Positions 51,001-63,413 of a stretch of 64,000 bases of DNA are shown piece after piece. Made by a program: the position numbers and the translations under genes. Source of the DNA: Marsupella aquatica. Lineage: Eukaryota; Plantae; Marchantiophyta. Under the pieces are notes generated by a model that worked only from the letters and a program-made list of their open reading frames with translations, made no database searches and was not told the DNA's origin. Numbering within the stretch: position 1 is the first letter of the stretch; each line of letters opens with the position of its first letter. Location of the stretch: positions 18,200,457 to 18,264,456 of the forward strand of contig OZ316897.1 in assembly GCA_973895155.1 (NCBI GenBank), given 5' to 3'.

Positions 51001-53830
51001 ATAAATGCATTCAAAGGAACAGACCAGCCCCAATTAGATGCTTCCACATGCTTCTGCGCTTTCTCAACTGGCACAGAGTTCTGTGAGCTTGACCATTGCC
51101 AGGGCTTTGTGGAGAGGCAAGACATGACTGAACATCTTCAGCGGTCATTACAGAGTATGGATCTCAAGCAATGTATCCCGCCGGAGAAGTTGATAGATTT
51201 GATGATCCACTTGGAAATGTGTTTCCAGAATACGCAAGAAGATAGAAAAGAAACATGTTCTTCATTTTTCATGCCTGCCCTTTTTGATGATGAGAAGGAG
51301 ACTGCTGCGAGGGGCAAAAGACAGCTGGACTGGAAACTTCAACAGGACGGGCACTTGGAGTATTTTGGCCGTCGCCTTGAATGTCAAAATAGGTCCACCA
51401 CATTTTTGACGCCTGGATTTTTTCCAAGGTTGCAGGTAACTTTGGAAGCTGTAAACTCATTTCAACTTTTTTGAGGTAGATCCTCCTTCAAGTTTACTTT
51501 CCTTGTTCATGTTGCCAATATTGTTCTATTTTGTCTTTCAGCTTATGATATGTTTTGTGACTGCATTGACTTTCCTTTGCTTGCTTCTCAAACTATTGGC
51601 TTGTTGCCTGCAGGTTCACTTGCGAAACTATCTACATAAAAATGGGTGGACGAATAACCCTGGCTTTGGAGTTGGAAGAAATCTTATACAGTTCACAAAA
51701 AGTGGTATTGAGGTGTGCATGGAATATGCTGGTGACATTGACGATTCCATAGATATACTAGTCAGATCATCTGAACCCTTCACAAAGGCTATGGGATTTG
51801 TACAAAAACATGTGGTGGAGAAAATCCGCACCTTTTGTGCTTCGCCTCAGGGATGCCAAGGAGTGGAGCTTGTTGAATCTGTCATAAGGCCAGTGTGTGT
51901 TGAAGAGCTTCACTTGTGCATAAAGAGGAAAGAACACTCTGTTTTGGTCGCAGTGCTGAAAGGTCTATTAGCCGAGGATAAAGGCTACCAACATACATGG
52001 AGCCAAAGAATAGAAGGTTTGAGCGGTACTGACCGGGCTTTTGATCTGCTGGAGGGCAAGGGTTCCTATGAAAAGATGAGTAGCAAATGTCAAGGGAGTC
52101 CGGTACCGTTGGTTCCCAGCTCCACAGCTTCAGTGTCAAGCAGTACTGATCAATCTATACCGACTCTTGTTGATGGGAATTTGGAACCTGGAGATCTGTG
52201 GCAGTCTCAGAGCAAACATGAAGATGGAGAGGAGCAGTGGGTGATGGGTTTCTCTATTCAGCACCTGAAAACGGAAATGACTCGAGCACCAAGGTCGTTG
52301 TGGCACACATTTCGGGCTCAGCTTGAGCACAGCCCAGAGTTCAATAATGGAGATGTACCAGACCATGACTTTGTTGCCGGTAAGGATTCCATGACGTTCA
52401 CCGTCGATTACATGAATGTAAGGATCGACGTGAAAGCTGAAAAGGATTCAGTCACGTTTGATGAGATCAGCGTTTTGGTGAATCCACAGACCAGGAAAGA
52501 TGAGTTCGATACGAACCAAAGGAAACAATGCCAAGTTAACCTGGCTGAAGATCTTGTCAATAAACTTCTGGACCTATGGAAAAAGGAGTGTGGAGGGGTT
52601 CAATACGTGCAGAAAGTGGTTTGGCCTTGGCCGGTTACCCAGTCTAGACCGGTGTACAAGCAGGACAGAAATGTGGAGGTGGCTGAAGTGAAGAAGTGGG
52701 TGCAAATGCACGGCATGGGAAGAAAAATGCAGTGGCTTGTAGGCCGTCGCTCTGAAATAACAGAAGATCAGCTGCTGTCCACAGAGGACAAGAATGATGT
52801 GATTGTGGCAGCAAACAACGACCTCAATGTTTTGAGGCAAGTAATGCAGGAAGCTGTCAACCTGGGAATCTATCCACCCGAATTGACTGAAGAATTGGAT
52901 GTCTCAATACATGGGAATAAGGTGGAGGAGGCAGCACTTGGATTGGACGGGATTGAAATGGCGAATCCAGCTACAACCCCAGCTGCCAAGACGATGCACA
53001 GATTATCAACTGTCGACAGGCATCTGCGCAGTATACTTGAGAAGCTGGATAAGATTATGACCAACCAGGATAAAATCTTCAAGCAGGTTCGGGAGGGGTT
53101 TGCAGAGGTTGAAAGGATGCTTCGGGAGGGATTTGCGGAGGTTTTGAAGGAGCAAAAGATGGTTTTTCGGAAGCTTCAAGACACAGAGAGATTTCTCAAA
53201 GAAGACAAGGACAGAACCTGCCCGAACCTCATCTATCTGGGGAAAAGAGATTCTGGTCTAAGGGCTACATTGAAGGAGGCTTTGTCACCAACTGTCAATG
53301 TTCGTTTACAATTTGCATGTGAGGCCATGTACAATAGCTACACACCGCATCAAGTCAAGGATCAGCTGGGCCTCGTTGTTTCCAACCTAAAGCCAGCCCT
53401 GAAAACACTCGTCCCGTGGCTCAAAGTCTCGCTAACAGTTCTCTTAATCGCAGCAAAAATAGCGACGAATGTTGTGGCGCCTGGGGCGGGTTTGCTACTG
53501 CCTGAATTCCAGCATTTGCAGCAAGGAAAATCACTGTTAGATGGAATCGTTTGGGCCACCGAGTACTCAATGCCAGAATTAAATAGGCTGATGACTGAGG
53601 GCATGGGACTTGATCCTGGTGTCCCTCTGAACCCTCGACATGTGTATGGAAAGAGTAGAGCTGCCATCACTAGTTTGATAGGAACATTGACGGCGGAGGA
53701 CTATGAGGAGAAATTAAAACTTAGAAAGGTGCGTTTGGCATACAACGATGGTTCTCTCCATGGTGTTGTCTGGATCTGCAAGGACTGTCATCGTAAGTTC
53801 AGGCAGTCTAATCTGGTTAGTGACTTGTAA
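48015..53830 (+). CDS. ROCO copy D: apparently intact TORNADO1-like LRR-Roc-COR-CORB'-coiled coil-C-terminal protein (~1616 aa); exons 48015-49305, 50093-51435, 51614-53830
   Basis: Three long ORFs join in frame through GT-AG introns (phase 1 within the P-loop Gly, phase 0 at PRLQ|VHL), with all Roc/COR motifs present. A ~42-nt duplication gives a second ATG at 48057. Confidence 0.92.
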
Positions 53831-54789
53831 ACAGTGCTCACTCTTGAGCGATTCACACAACTGCTATTAGCCCTAGCTTTGCATTGGACTAAGAGATACC
53901 TAAGAAAGGCTCTCCGATGACTTATCGGGTTAAAATTGGTACAGAAATGTGCCCTTCAGTGCGTGGACTGCAGGCAAAAGAGCTTGACACCTCCAGCAAA
54001 CCTCAAGGCAATTGAAATTTCCCTGTAATAGTTGTCTTGAGTACTTGCCATCCATTTTGTGAAACGAATTTTGTTAAGTAGCTGGATATGCCTCTATCAA
54101 ACCCGCAACTTCTGGAGCATATTCCGGGTTTGGAGACGATATTGATCATTTTCACATGAAGCAGTCCGGTTCTTTGAGTGAGCAATTTGTTTGATTCTGT
54201 AACTTCGATACTTTGCGCGATGGTTTCAAGTACAACTTACAATGACATTTGTTTCCATTTGATCCTATGAATTGTCCTGTCTATGTATTTGTAGTCTCTG
54301 GGTGGAATTGAAGACATCATCGAGCACAAAGAAGATGCTTCTGTCAGTTCTAGTTTGGAGCCGCCAATGTTTTTCTCATCTGAATAATTGCATGGCTTCT
54401 GAAATCCCAGAATGCTTTGCAATTGTAGCATTTCGTGAAACAAGTAACTAACATTACCTGGGTCTACTCTACTCTTTCAGGTGCCTCAGGCACAACTTGT
54501 AATAGATGGAGAAAAAGGGCGGGATCTGTTAATTCCTGATTGAACAGGGAATTTTGTTTGAATGGCGCTGATTCCCCCCTCCCCGGAAGCTACATACTCT
54601 GAATTAGTGGACAACGATCAACCTGGGAATTCAAGCTTTTCCCCACTCAGTCTCATCGCACATTCGAGGGATCAGCATTTACGTTAATAAATCTGGGAAA
54701 AGCGTCGTGATTTGGGGACTGAAAATATCTAATCCAAATAATGATTGTGCTGGATCTACTTGGTCCTGCGCAACTGCAGACGGGGACCG

Positions 54790-54881
54790 AGCCAAAGATT
54801 AGAAGATGTAAGGGATACTAAGCGGGCTCCTGATCTGCCGAAGGGAAAAGGGTTTGTACGAAAAGATTAGTAGCAAAGGTC
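54790..54881 (+). pseudogene. ROCO COR-B end relic (mirror of 6852-6943)
   Basis: Aligns with ROCO C 33239-33329. Confidence 0.7.
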
Positions 54882-55899
54882 TAAATGCTTCTCCAGACAT
54901 TCTTGAAAAACCCATACGAACATAGCACTGACAGCCACAAACAATAAATTATAAGATCATGCACTCCAGACCATTAAATTGGCTCAGATCACAGACGATC
55001 ACAGACCATTAAATTGGCTCAGATCACAGACCTCTTTTGGGACCTCGGATCACAGAAAGGGGAGGCGAAAAGGATGAAAATCACCCTTAACAAGTCTTAC
55101 AAGGTATTGGAACAAGCCACCCTTGTCACGACAGGTCACTTCCAGTATTTCACTATCAAACTATCAACAAACTCGATTCAAATGGATGATGGCACTTTTC
55201 TTATCTCAACGCTTGATTACGTTGTGTTGTTTTAAGCGGGAAAGGACCAATATGCTAGAAAGGGCCAAACAAACGCGATTGTACAATAAAATCTGTGAAA
55301 TTGATCTGAACTCGTTGTTTAATTTAGAAGAATGTTATTTTGCCTTAAATTTCCCGAACATATTCCACTCTATGGCCAAATTGTCTGATTCATATCTCCA
55401 AATGACCTAACTGAAAATTTACTTGCAGTTCAACATATCAACACTGAAAACATGTGGTCTAAAGTAGATGACAAAAATATTTCAAAGATGTTTCCATCAT
55501 GAAGAATTCATGTAAAGAGGACCACATTTGGTAACATTGTTTCGGCTGGCTGGCTACATACAGTAGCTTCATTTATATCACGCGCGACGGTTACATCTGG
55601 CCTCCGTGATACAATACGATCAGAAACATGACTCTAAGTCCACCGTGTTTCACAGGTATTCAATTGTAAATGCCACTCCCGGCCTAGGATCAACGAACAC
55701 TCCCGAGTTTTTTTGTTTTTCCACTAAAATTTTGCATCCGTCATAATAGCAGTAAGTCAATTTGGCATAATTAAGTCCCTACAGCTTCAATTCATGAACA
55801 CTAATCACTTGAAATGAACCACTCTTATAATGTTGATACATTGGATACCGTGTGCATATTTCCAGGCAGTACAATATCTGTCATGAAGCAAGACATCAC

Positions 55900-58498
55900 A
55901 TCGGAGGTCAACAGGCCCCTCATAGAATCTGGCCTTGGATCTGTGGACCCTGTTTAGAATCGCTCAAAAGATTAAGCTGTATGACAATTAAAAGAGCATA
56001 GATTTCGCAAAATTGCTTACGGGTCCCTCACCTAGAATCCACTGGATAACCAGCTTGTAATTAAAGTTCATACATCCTGCCAAGATTTATTTCCTCTCTG
56101 AGATTAACTCATTGCAACTACCACCTGTCATGCTTCGTGACGAGAGTACATACTTAAGATTTGTCATCATAAATCAATCTAAAGCCCTTGCAATTCAATG
56201 ATCAGGCTAAGACTGTTTCTGAAGTGTCATCGTGCTTCGCAAGCATTTGTCTTATTCCTGAAGTATTCACGGAAAGACAGAAGACGGCAGCTACAACCCA
56301 TAGCCACGGCAATCAGAATCCTTGTACCTGAAAGTGCCCAAAGTGGAGCCAACACTAGTGTTGATTTGCCTGCACCATTGCTATCAGCTCCAGCTGAATC
56401 CATATTTCTCCCACACTCTACCCGAATTCCCCTTTGCTCCAAAGCATAAACTACAGGCTCAAGGTAGGGACCAAAACCCTCAATCTCCACTTGCTATAGG
56501 ACCAGATTAACTGCATCAGAGATATCTCAGGGTCAGATGTTTAATCAAGAGATTGAAGCAGATAGAGTGCACAAGCAAATGCTATTCGAGAAAAACTCAA
56601 AGTTGAATGTACAGAAAAATCCATCAATCAACGTCTACAGCAAGCTATGGCACAATGTTGTGGGAATTGTAAAATTAGCACCTTGGGGCCTCTGAATGAG
56701 TTTAGCTGGAAGGTCCATGGTACGCAACATCTCTATTCCTTTTTGCCTCGCTCCAGAGCTCATCTCTACCCGCTCAGCATATATATCGAATAGCCCGAAT
56801 GCGTCCTGCAAAGATATCCACTATATACAATCAGAGGATGTATAGAGGATACTCAGGAGATAGACAGAAAGCACGAAAGCAAAAAAAATGCACCATAAGC
56901 ACTGCACTGTCTCAAGTCCTCGGAACTACAATTCCAAGGAAGTCCTCGGAACTACAAAATCTCAAACCGTCTGCCAGCAAATATATACCTCCGATCATCA
57001 GAAATTCTAACTACCAAGAGCAATGATGCCGCAAAGTCTTGGAACGTTAATTCTGGCTAAGAAAGTGAGACTACGCAGGCCTGCAGACGACAACACGATA
57101 GAAACTATACTTACCAGGTTTTCGGCCTCTTCAATTCGAGGCTTAGATGTAAGAGTTGGGAAAATCAAATCAATTTCAACACCCCTCGTTCGAAGCCTCT
57201 CCTGATACAGCCCAAAGGTGGATAACAGTAACATAAAATGTTAGAATGAGTTTGACGAGTCCAAATTTAAGCGAGCGAAAATTTTGTTTGTCTACGAGCT
57301 ATTTAATCGTTACATGGTTAGAAAGCGGATGATCACATTTGTCGAGTTGCACCCAGCTCGTACATCATCCCAAGCTAGTACAACAAGTAGGTCAAGTGCA
57401 CGTGAAACATCTAAAAGGTTTCGTAGGAAACATAGCACCCCCTTCCCCAGCACATGCTAGTCAAATTCATGAATGCATTCGACGGACCAAAAGTATTTTA
57501 AACTATTCATATTTCCCATGAGATCGTACCACATCCTCTTTGATATGCTCCTCCGCAAGTGTTGAGGAGAGTAGCAGACGGATGTGGTCCCCGCTACGCA
57601 AACTTTCAATCTCCTCTAAAGATAATTCATCGGTATCCGAAATGACAAAGTGCCGTCCGCCTATGTCGATGGAGACTTCTCCAACTTTCTGTTCCACAAC
57701 AACACAAAAACATTACTTGTGAAATTTTAAGGAAATAGAAGAAGTCTTCAGGTATTTTCGCGCAAAATTGGGATATTGTGAACCAGAAGTGTAGAGTGGC
57801 CAACCTGCCAAGAATTGTTCAAGAGTATAAATCTCTTCCTCTGACCAACTTCACTCGCAGAGATTTGATATGGCGAGCCAATGTAATCAATCTGGTATTT
57901 TTTACAACATGAGTTTTGTGGTAGTGTCCAGTGAAGATCGGAATATTCCGTGGAAAGTTACTTGGCTCTATACCCTCTTTTGCCTGGTAGGATTCATTCA
58001 TGTATGCCCCAACCTGAATCATCAAACCAGAGACATACGTCTGAAATCTTTGGCTCGTCTGTATAACAAACACAGAAGATTGCGTTCACTGCGACCCAAT
58101 GTCATATTTAACAACTAAAAGTTCTTAAGGCAAGATTTCTTAAGAAAGTTCTCAACGCAAAACAAAAGAATGTATTAGTTTAGGACCGTTAGGCCAGCGG
58201 GTGCTTGTAGCGATACACACCACATCAAGATGTGCAAAGATCGCCTTCACGTTGGGATGTCGATGGAGTGCCTCTTTAATCAAATCATGGTCCCGGCGAA
58301 AGGGTAACCAGAGGGCATCTAGGAACGCAACAGGGTTATCGAAAACCTTTATGAAAGGGTTCACAGCTCCTAAAACCATCAGGGCATGCATTTGACCACC
58401 CATACTCACCTGCCGAAAAATGCTCCGAAGACCGAATCAGTGACCAATCAGACTGCAGACTGTAAGTGACCAATCAGACTGTAATATGGTATCTGTAA
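55900..58498 (-). pseudogene. Partial inverted copy of the SbcD-SbcC pseudogene (lacks the first exons)
   Basis: IFAHLDV, FTGHYHK, IEGFGPY and SNGAGKSTL exons on the minus strand; same frameshift (NTRLITLARH) as the left copy. Confidence 0.85.
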
Positions 58499-59538
58499 GA
58501 TGAAGTGCCTTAGCCCATTATGATCGGGCCAAATGATGTGGTGCTCATGCCCAGGCCCTCACAACCCATCGTCCGTTGAATGTCCCGGGCTGCACAAGCC
58601 AAGTGGGAACCCAAGCCCCGCCAATTCTCATGCATTAAGCATCTGTTCCGCATGAACTAAACTTGTTGCACTTAGGCCCAAGATGAGCTTTTACTCAGGC
58701 CCTCAAAACTCAGAGTACATTTGAGGAACCAAACAGCCCGCCCTAAGAACGGTTCTTCTCATGGCTTGACCAACTCATAATGTCTATTACACCATTGAGT
58801 GCTATTAGAGTATATCATGTTGAATTGTTTGAGTTTAGTCCCAAGTTTAGTGCTTTCATATGTGTGCTATATGACCCAATAGGGTTCAGTAGGGGGTTCA
58901 GTTCACGTTTGGAGGGATAGTTATCCCTGGTGGTGGCTTGAAGGCCTCATCTTTTGATGTTGAGCCTTCAAGCATCAGCTTTGGTAGCTATGGTGTGGCC
59001 AGCCAGATCTGAATGCATAAATGTGGATGTGGGTTTTGGAATATGTGTGGTCAGATTGGGCATGATCGATTGTGTTTTGTTGGTGTCAATCAGAGCTTGA
59101 TTCTTTGGAAGATTATTGTGGGTTTTGGACATGTGTGGACATGAGTCTGGCTTGTACCTCATTCTCTTATGTTTGTTGTGTCTATGTTTGGATGTGTGTG
59201 ATATGCAATATATGTTGTGTAGGTAGCAATGTGTATGCACATGACACGCCAGTCCAAGGCCCTTATGCAAAACCCTAGCTCCGCGCACCAGTACCTTTGC
59301 TAGTTTAACGCTTCCTTGCTCTCAAGTCTGCTCATATTTAGTCCCTTTCGGTTGACCATCCCAGCGATTGGACCACAGAGGAGCTCGACACTGGAGCTAA
59401 GTGGTAGAGTAGTTGAGTTCCGCGACTAGCCTTGTTGCGCCTCTGACCCAATTGATTTACCAAAAACTCTACTTGGCCCAAATCTTTGAGTTTGACTTCA
59501 TTATTCCCTTGCAAGGTTAGTCAGGAGGGTCCATGACA
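58494..59538. mobile_element. Possible solo LTR at the outer breakpoint of the inverted duplication
   Basis: Starts TGTAA exactly where homology ends, and a plausible end ggagggtccaTGACA lies ~1 kb away; no matching TSD found. Confidence 0.35.
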
Positions 59539-60693
59539 TATGTCAACCAAGGTTATGACAAACAACCTACGTATACTAAGAACATACAAGCCAACAATAT
59601 AAGAGGGGTTTTATGGGGAGGAAATGCACAGTTGGGGCCAGTCTAGAGAGAACAAGCAAACCAGGCCCAATCTCAACCCCATTTTGGCCCCCCAATCTGT
59701 CCTCACCCCTACTTTGTTACATCAACAAGGGTAGATTGCAATTCTATGGCAGTTCATTCCATACCCCCAACAAACACAAAAGAGACTGACCATCACTAGA
59801 GGGGTTTGATGATAAAATACAAGCTGACCCCAAAATGGGTTTGTTTTTTCCTTTAATTTACTGCCCCTTGTTGATTAATTTTTTTTGCCGTCCCAAGGTT
59901 AGTTTTCTTTCTCCCAAATTTGTGTTTCTTTACCTCAATCCCCTATGTCATTTTTCTGTCCCTCTCTCTTGTTTGATCTTTTCCTCCCCTTGGAACTTGA
60001 TGAAGAAGGGAATGGAAGGGAGGTTGGGACCGAGGGCATGCAGGTGTGCAAGTTTTTGATGCTCTGGCCCACTTTTAATAACTCTTAATAGTAATTCTGT
60101 TTTTTGTGTGTTAGTGGTTTCTGTACGTCAGCTAATTTTCAAGTCAACATTAATCTTTCATATTGACCATGTCATTATAATTTGACATCAATTTCCTTCC
60201 AACAATCTTTCATTTAGATATGTGCATTGCACATGACATATGACTTGCCTCCTATCTCCCTTCCTCATTCACTTGATCCTCCCCTCCCTTCCCAACTTTC
60301 CTCCCTTGCTTGCCATCCTCATTGCCCACCATATTACTGCTTACCATGTGCCATTCAGCATTTCTTAGAGCATTACACAATGTTCACATGTTTGTGTGTC
60401 TATGAAAATGATCTATGTGTATTTTACATCCTTTCACAATACTCAATTTCTCCTCTCTCAATGACTTGCCCACTTCTGCTTTAGTCCATGAATAATCAAG
60501 AGATGCTCTCATCCATGAATGATAGCAGACATTGTGGTAGATGCAAGGTTACTAAGCATGGTACATAAAACTCTCCATCAAGGAGATTTGAAAACTGACG
60601 TCCTATCAAGGCAGAGGTTTGGTCTAGCACCCCGTTTTATATACTTTTAATGTCAATGTGATTGTATATCCAATATTGTAGGTGGATATTATT

Positions 60694-61523
60694 ATTATTA
60701 TTATTACTACTACTATTTTTTAAATTAAAATTTATTCCACGTGAACCCCACAGATGGGGGGAACCAGCAGGCCCAAAGGCAAGAGGGAGCCAAAATGGCA
60801 AAGGATAACAGCCTCGAAACGCCACAAAAGACAAGTGACCCTAAAAGGACCAGCAATCCCACACCACTACGATAATGCAATACATTGCACCAGCCCACCA
60901 GGAGCAGAATCAGCTAGCCTGAGTACTCACAGCCTAATACAGTTATCAGTTATCAGGAACATAATCTTTCAAAGCCACCAAAAGTGACAGTCTACCAAGC
61001 GGGAGAGCAATTATACCCAAAGTCAGGAAACACTAGCCCAAAAGAATAGCAAAGCACATAGTCTCCGTCCAACAGCAATAGTAGCAGAGCTCAGCCACAA
61101 CACCACTAACCCTCCTAAGTAGTAAATCTAATCCCCCTTTGGGGTATCCATCTAATCCGGATGTAGTCTACAATTTCTTTGGCACGGAGCAACCGGGTGT
61201 GCTTCCTACCAGGAGGAGAACATCTCCCAGCCGCAATCAACATGTCTGCGACCTCAGATAATACCAAGGAGAGGCCAAAACTTCTTTTCTTCCTATGATC
61301 AAATGTCTGTTCATTCCTGCCTAGCCAGATCGTCCACAAAACCTGGTATAGAATGAAAGCCTTCAGAGTGCAAATGCAATCCCGCCCAACAGTGGAGTCC
61401 AGCAAGGGAAGAAGGGCCATATGGGGCCAGTTGAACCAGCCAGCCAAACAGTCCTGTGTTACCTGCCAGCAGTGCCTAGCACGTCTGCACTCAAAAAAAA
61501 TATGGGGAATTGATTCCCCATGA
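60694..61523 (-). mobile_element. 5'-truncated LINE (L1-like ORF2 C-terminus plus 3' tail)
   Basis: ESIPHIFFEC..A..CW zinc-finger remnant and LWTIWLGRNEQTF motif; (AAT)n tail at ~60694-60717; TSD-like taggtg(g/a)atattatt at 60679-60693 and 61524-61538. Confidence 0.8.
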
Positions 61524-63413
61524 TAGGTGAATATTATTGATCAGGTGACATAGAAATGACATCAAACAGTTGTAGACATTTGCACTAATCTATTCTACAT
61601 TAATGAACATCAAAATGACTCAAAATGATTTTTGTGATGAAATAAATTATGTATGTTGCAAATGTTATCATTGGGCATTGGCAATACCGAATTTCCTGGT
61701 GGTTCTAAAATTTGTCATTTTGCTAAGGCTAGCCAAAGACACAACAAAACTTTTGTGCCATATTTAACATACAAATTCACCGGTATGAAAGGGGTTGTTG
61801 TGGGCTTTGAGGGGCGCAGTTTGCAGAATTCAATTGAAACCAAACAAAAGAAATCCCACAAGAAATTGAATGCTTAGATGCGCAGATACCACAAAGTGGT
61901 AAAAGGCATAGGCGAGTGTTATTGGCTGTTAACCAAAGTTTGATGACAAGTAGGAGAGGCCAGAAAGCTAGGATAAGCAATTTTTTCCAGCTTTGTATGA
62001 AGTGATGCAATCAGCTAGACTCCAGAATTAACCAGTGTAAACTGATATGTGTTTGTAAAACCTCCATGGCTACAAGAACAAATACACAATCAGTGATATA
62101 TTGAACTGCCATATAGCATACTCATCCTGGAACATGAAAAGTTATTTTGTCCTCTAGCAAAAAGTTTAAATTTTTTAGTGAAATATAGGTGATCTGTTTT
62201 TTTGTGGCAAATATAAATAGGACATTGATTAGGAAACGTGACATTGAAAAGTTGTGCACATAAAGTACAAGAATAAAAGTACACATGTAAAGAAAAGAAT
62301 AATGAACAGGAAAAATGTAAGTCTATGATATTCGGTTGTGCACATACTATACACCAGTAAAGATACTTATGTACTTATCTGGGGTAATGACACTCAAATA
62401 AATTAAAACCATAAATTTAGGACACAAAACCATGAGTAGAACTTAAAGACATGAGGAGTGCACTTTACTTAGATCATTTCTTCTTCACTAAGGGCTAGAA
62501 CTTCCGTGAGCTTTGTTAAAGGGTGGATGATCAAAAGTATATCAAAGATTGAAAAATTTAGAGGGGTGCCAGATTAAATTCAAAATCTAAAGTATACAAG
62601 GGATGTACCTTGGTAAGATACATTGAATTAAAATACACAAGAAAAAAAAGTTGAATAAGACAAAATACTGGAAGATGGATTCACCATATAACAGTTTCAT
62701 TCTGGATATCCACTGAACTGCCACTCACCAGGTCAAACCTGGGAATATCCTTGTTTCTCACCAATGGTTTCCTTACAAAATGATATTTTGGGCAGAAACC
62801 AAGCCAAGCCATTGGATTCCCCTACCCATTTTCTCCATCATGGGATTTTTGACCCCTCTATGTGCCCCGTTGCTTGCCTTCCCATCCAAGAAGTTCCCCC
62901 TCCATTTGCCCTCCCCATCCATTCAATCACCCTGACCCTCAGAGATCCAGATGCAGCCAATGCCCAAATGCCACCCTTGCCACCACACCCATGCCTTGCC
63001 CTAAAGCCCACCTCACAGAGCCAGGCACAGCCCACACCCTGAGCGCCAACCTTGCTTGTCTCCCCTGCATATTGCCCAAAAGCCCGCCCTCTGCTTCAAA
63101 GGGTACTTTTTGCAACAACAACATGGTTGCAACAATTGTTTAACAACCTAGCATTGCATGTTGCAACATTTGTGCACCACCCTAGCATTGGCCTATTATT
63201 GAAAGACCATGTAAACATAGAGACGCCCTAGAAATGTACATTGGTGGAACCCCTCTTTGTGGTACAGGAGGGGCCTTGGAGAGGTGGTGCAACATTCCTT
63301 GTACTCCTTGGAAACCCATAATTATCATTCTCTCAAATACTCTTTTGCACATCCATGGCACAGAGGAATGAAAGCAGCAAACTTGAGACCTGAGCGTCGC
63401 ACTCTTCACGCAG

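Larger units (their letters stand above)
47772..58498. repeat. Right arm of the ~10.6-kb inverted duplication
   Basis: Reverse complement of 3259-13876; ends at ...gtaatatggtatctgtaa (58498). Confidence 0.95.

Noticed and set aside
7903-53830. Assigning the symbol TRN1 to the ROCO copies
   Set aside because: They share the architecture but look like a divergent lineage-specific expansion; orthology cannot be shown from this window.
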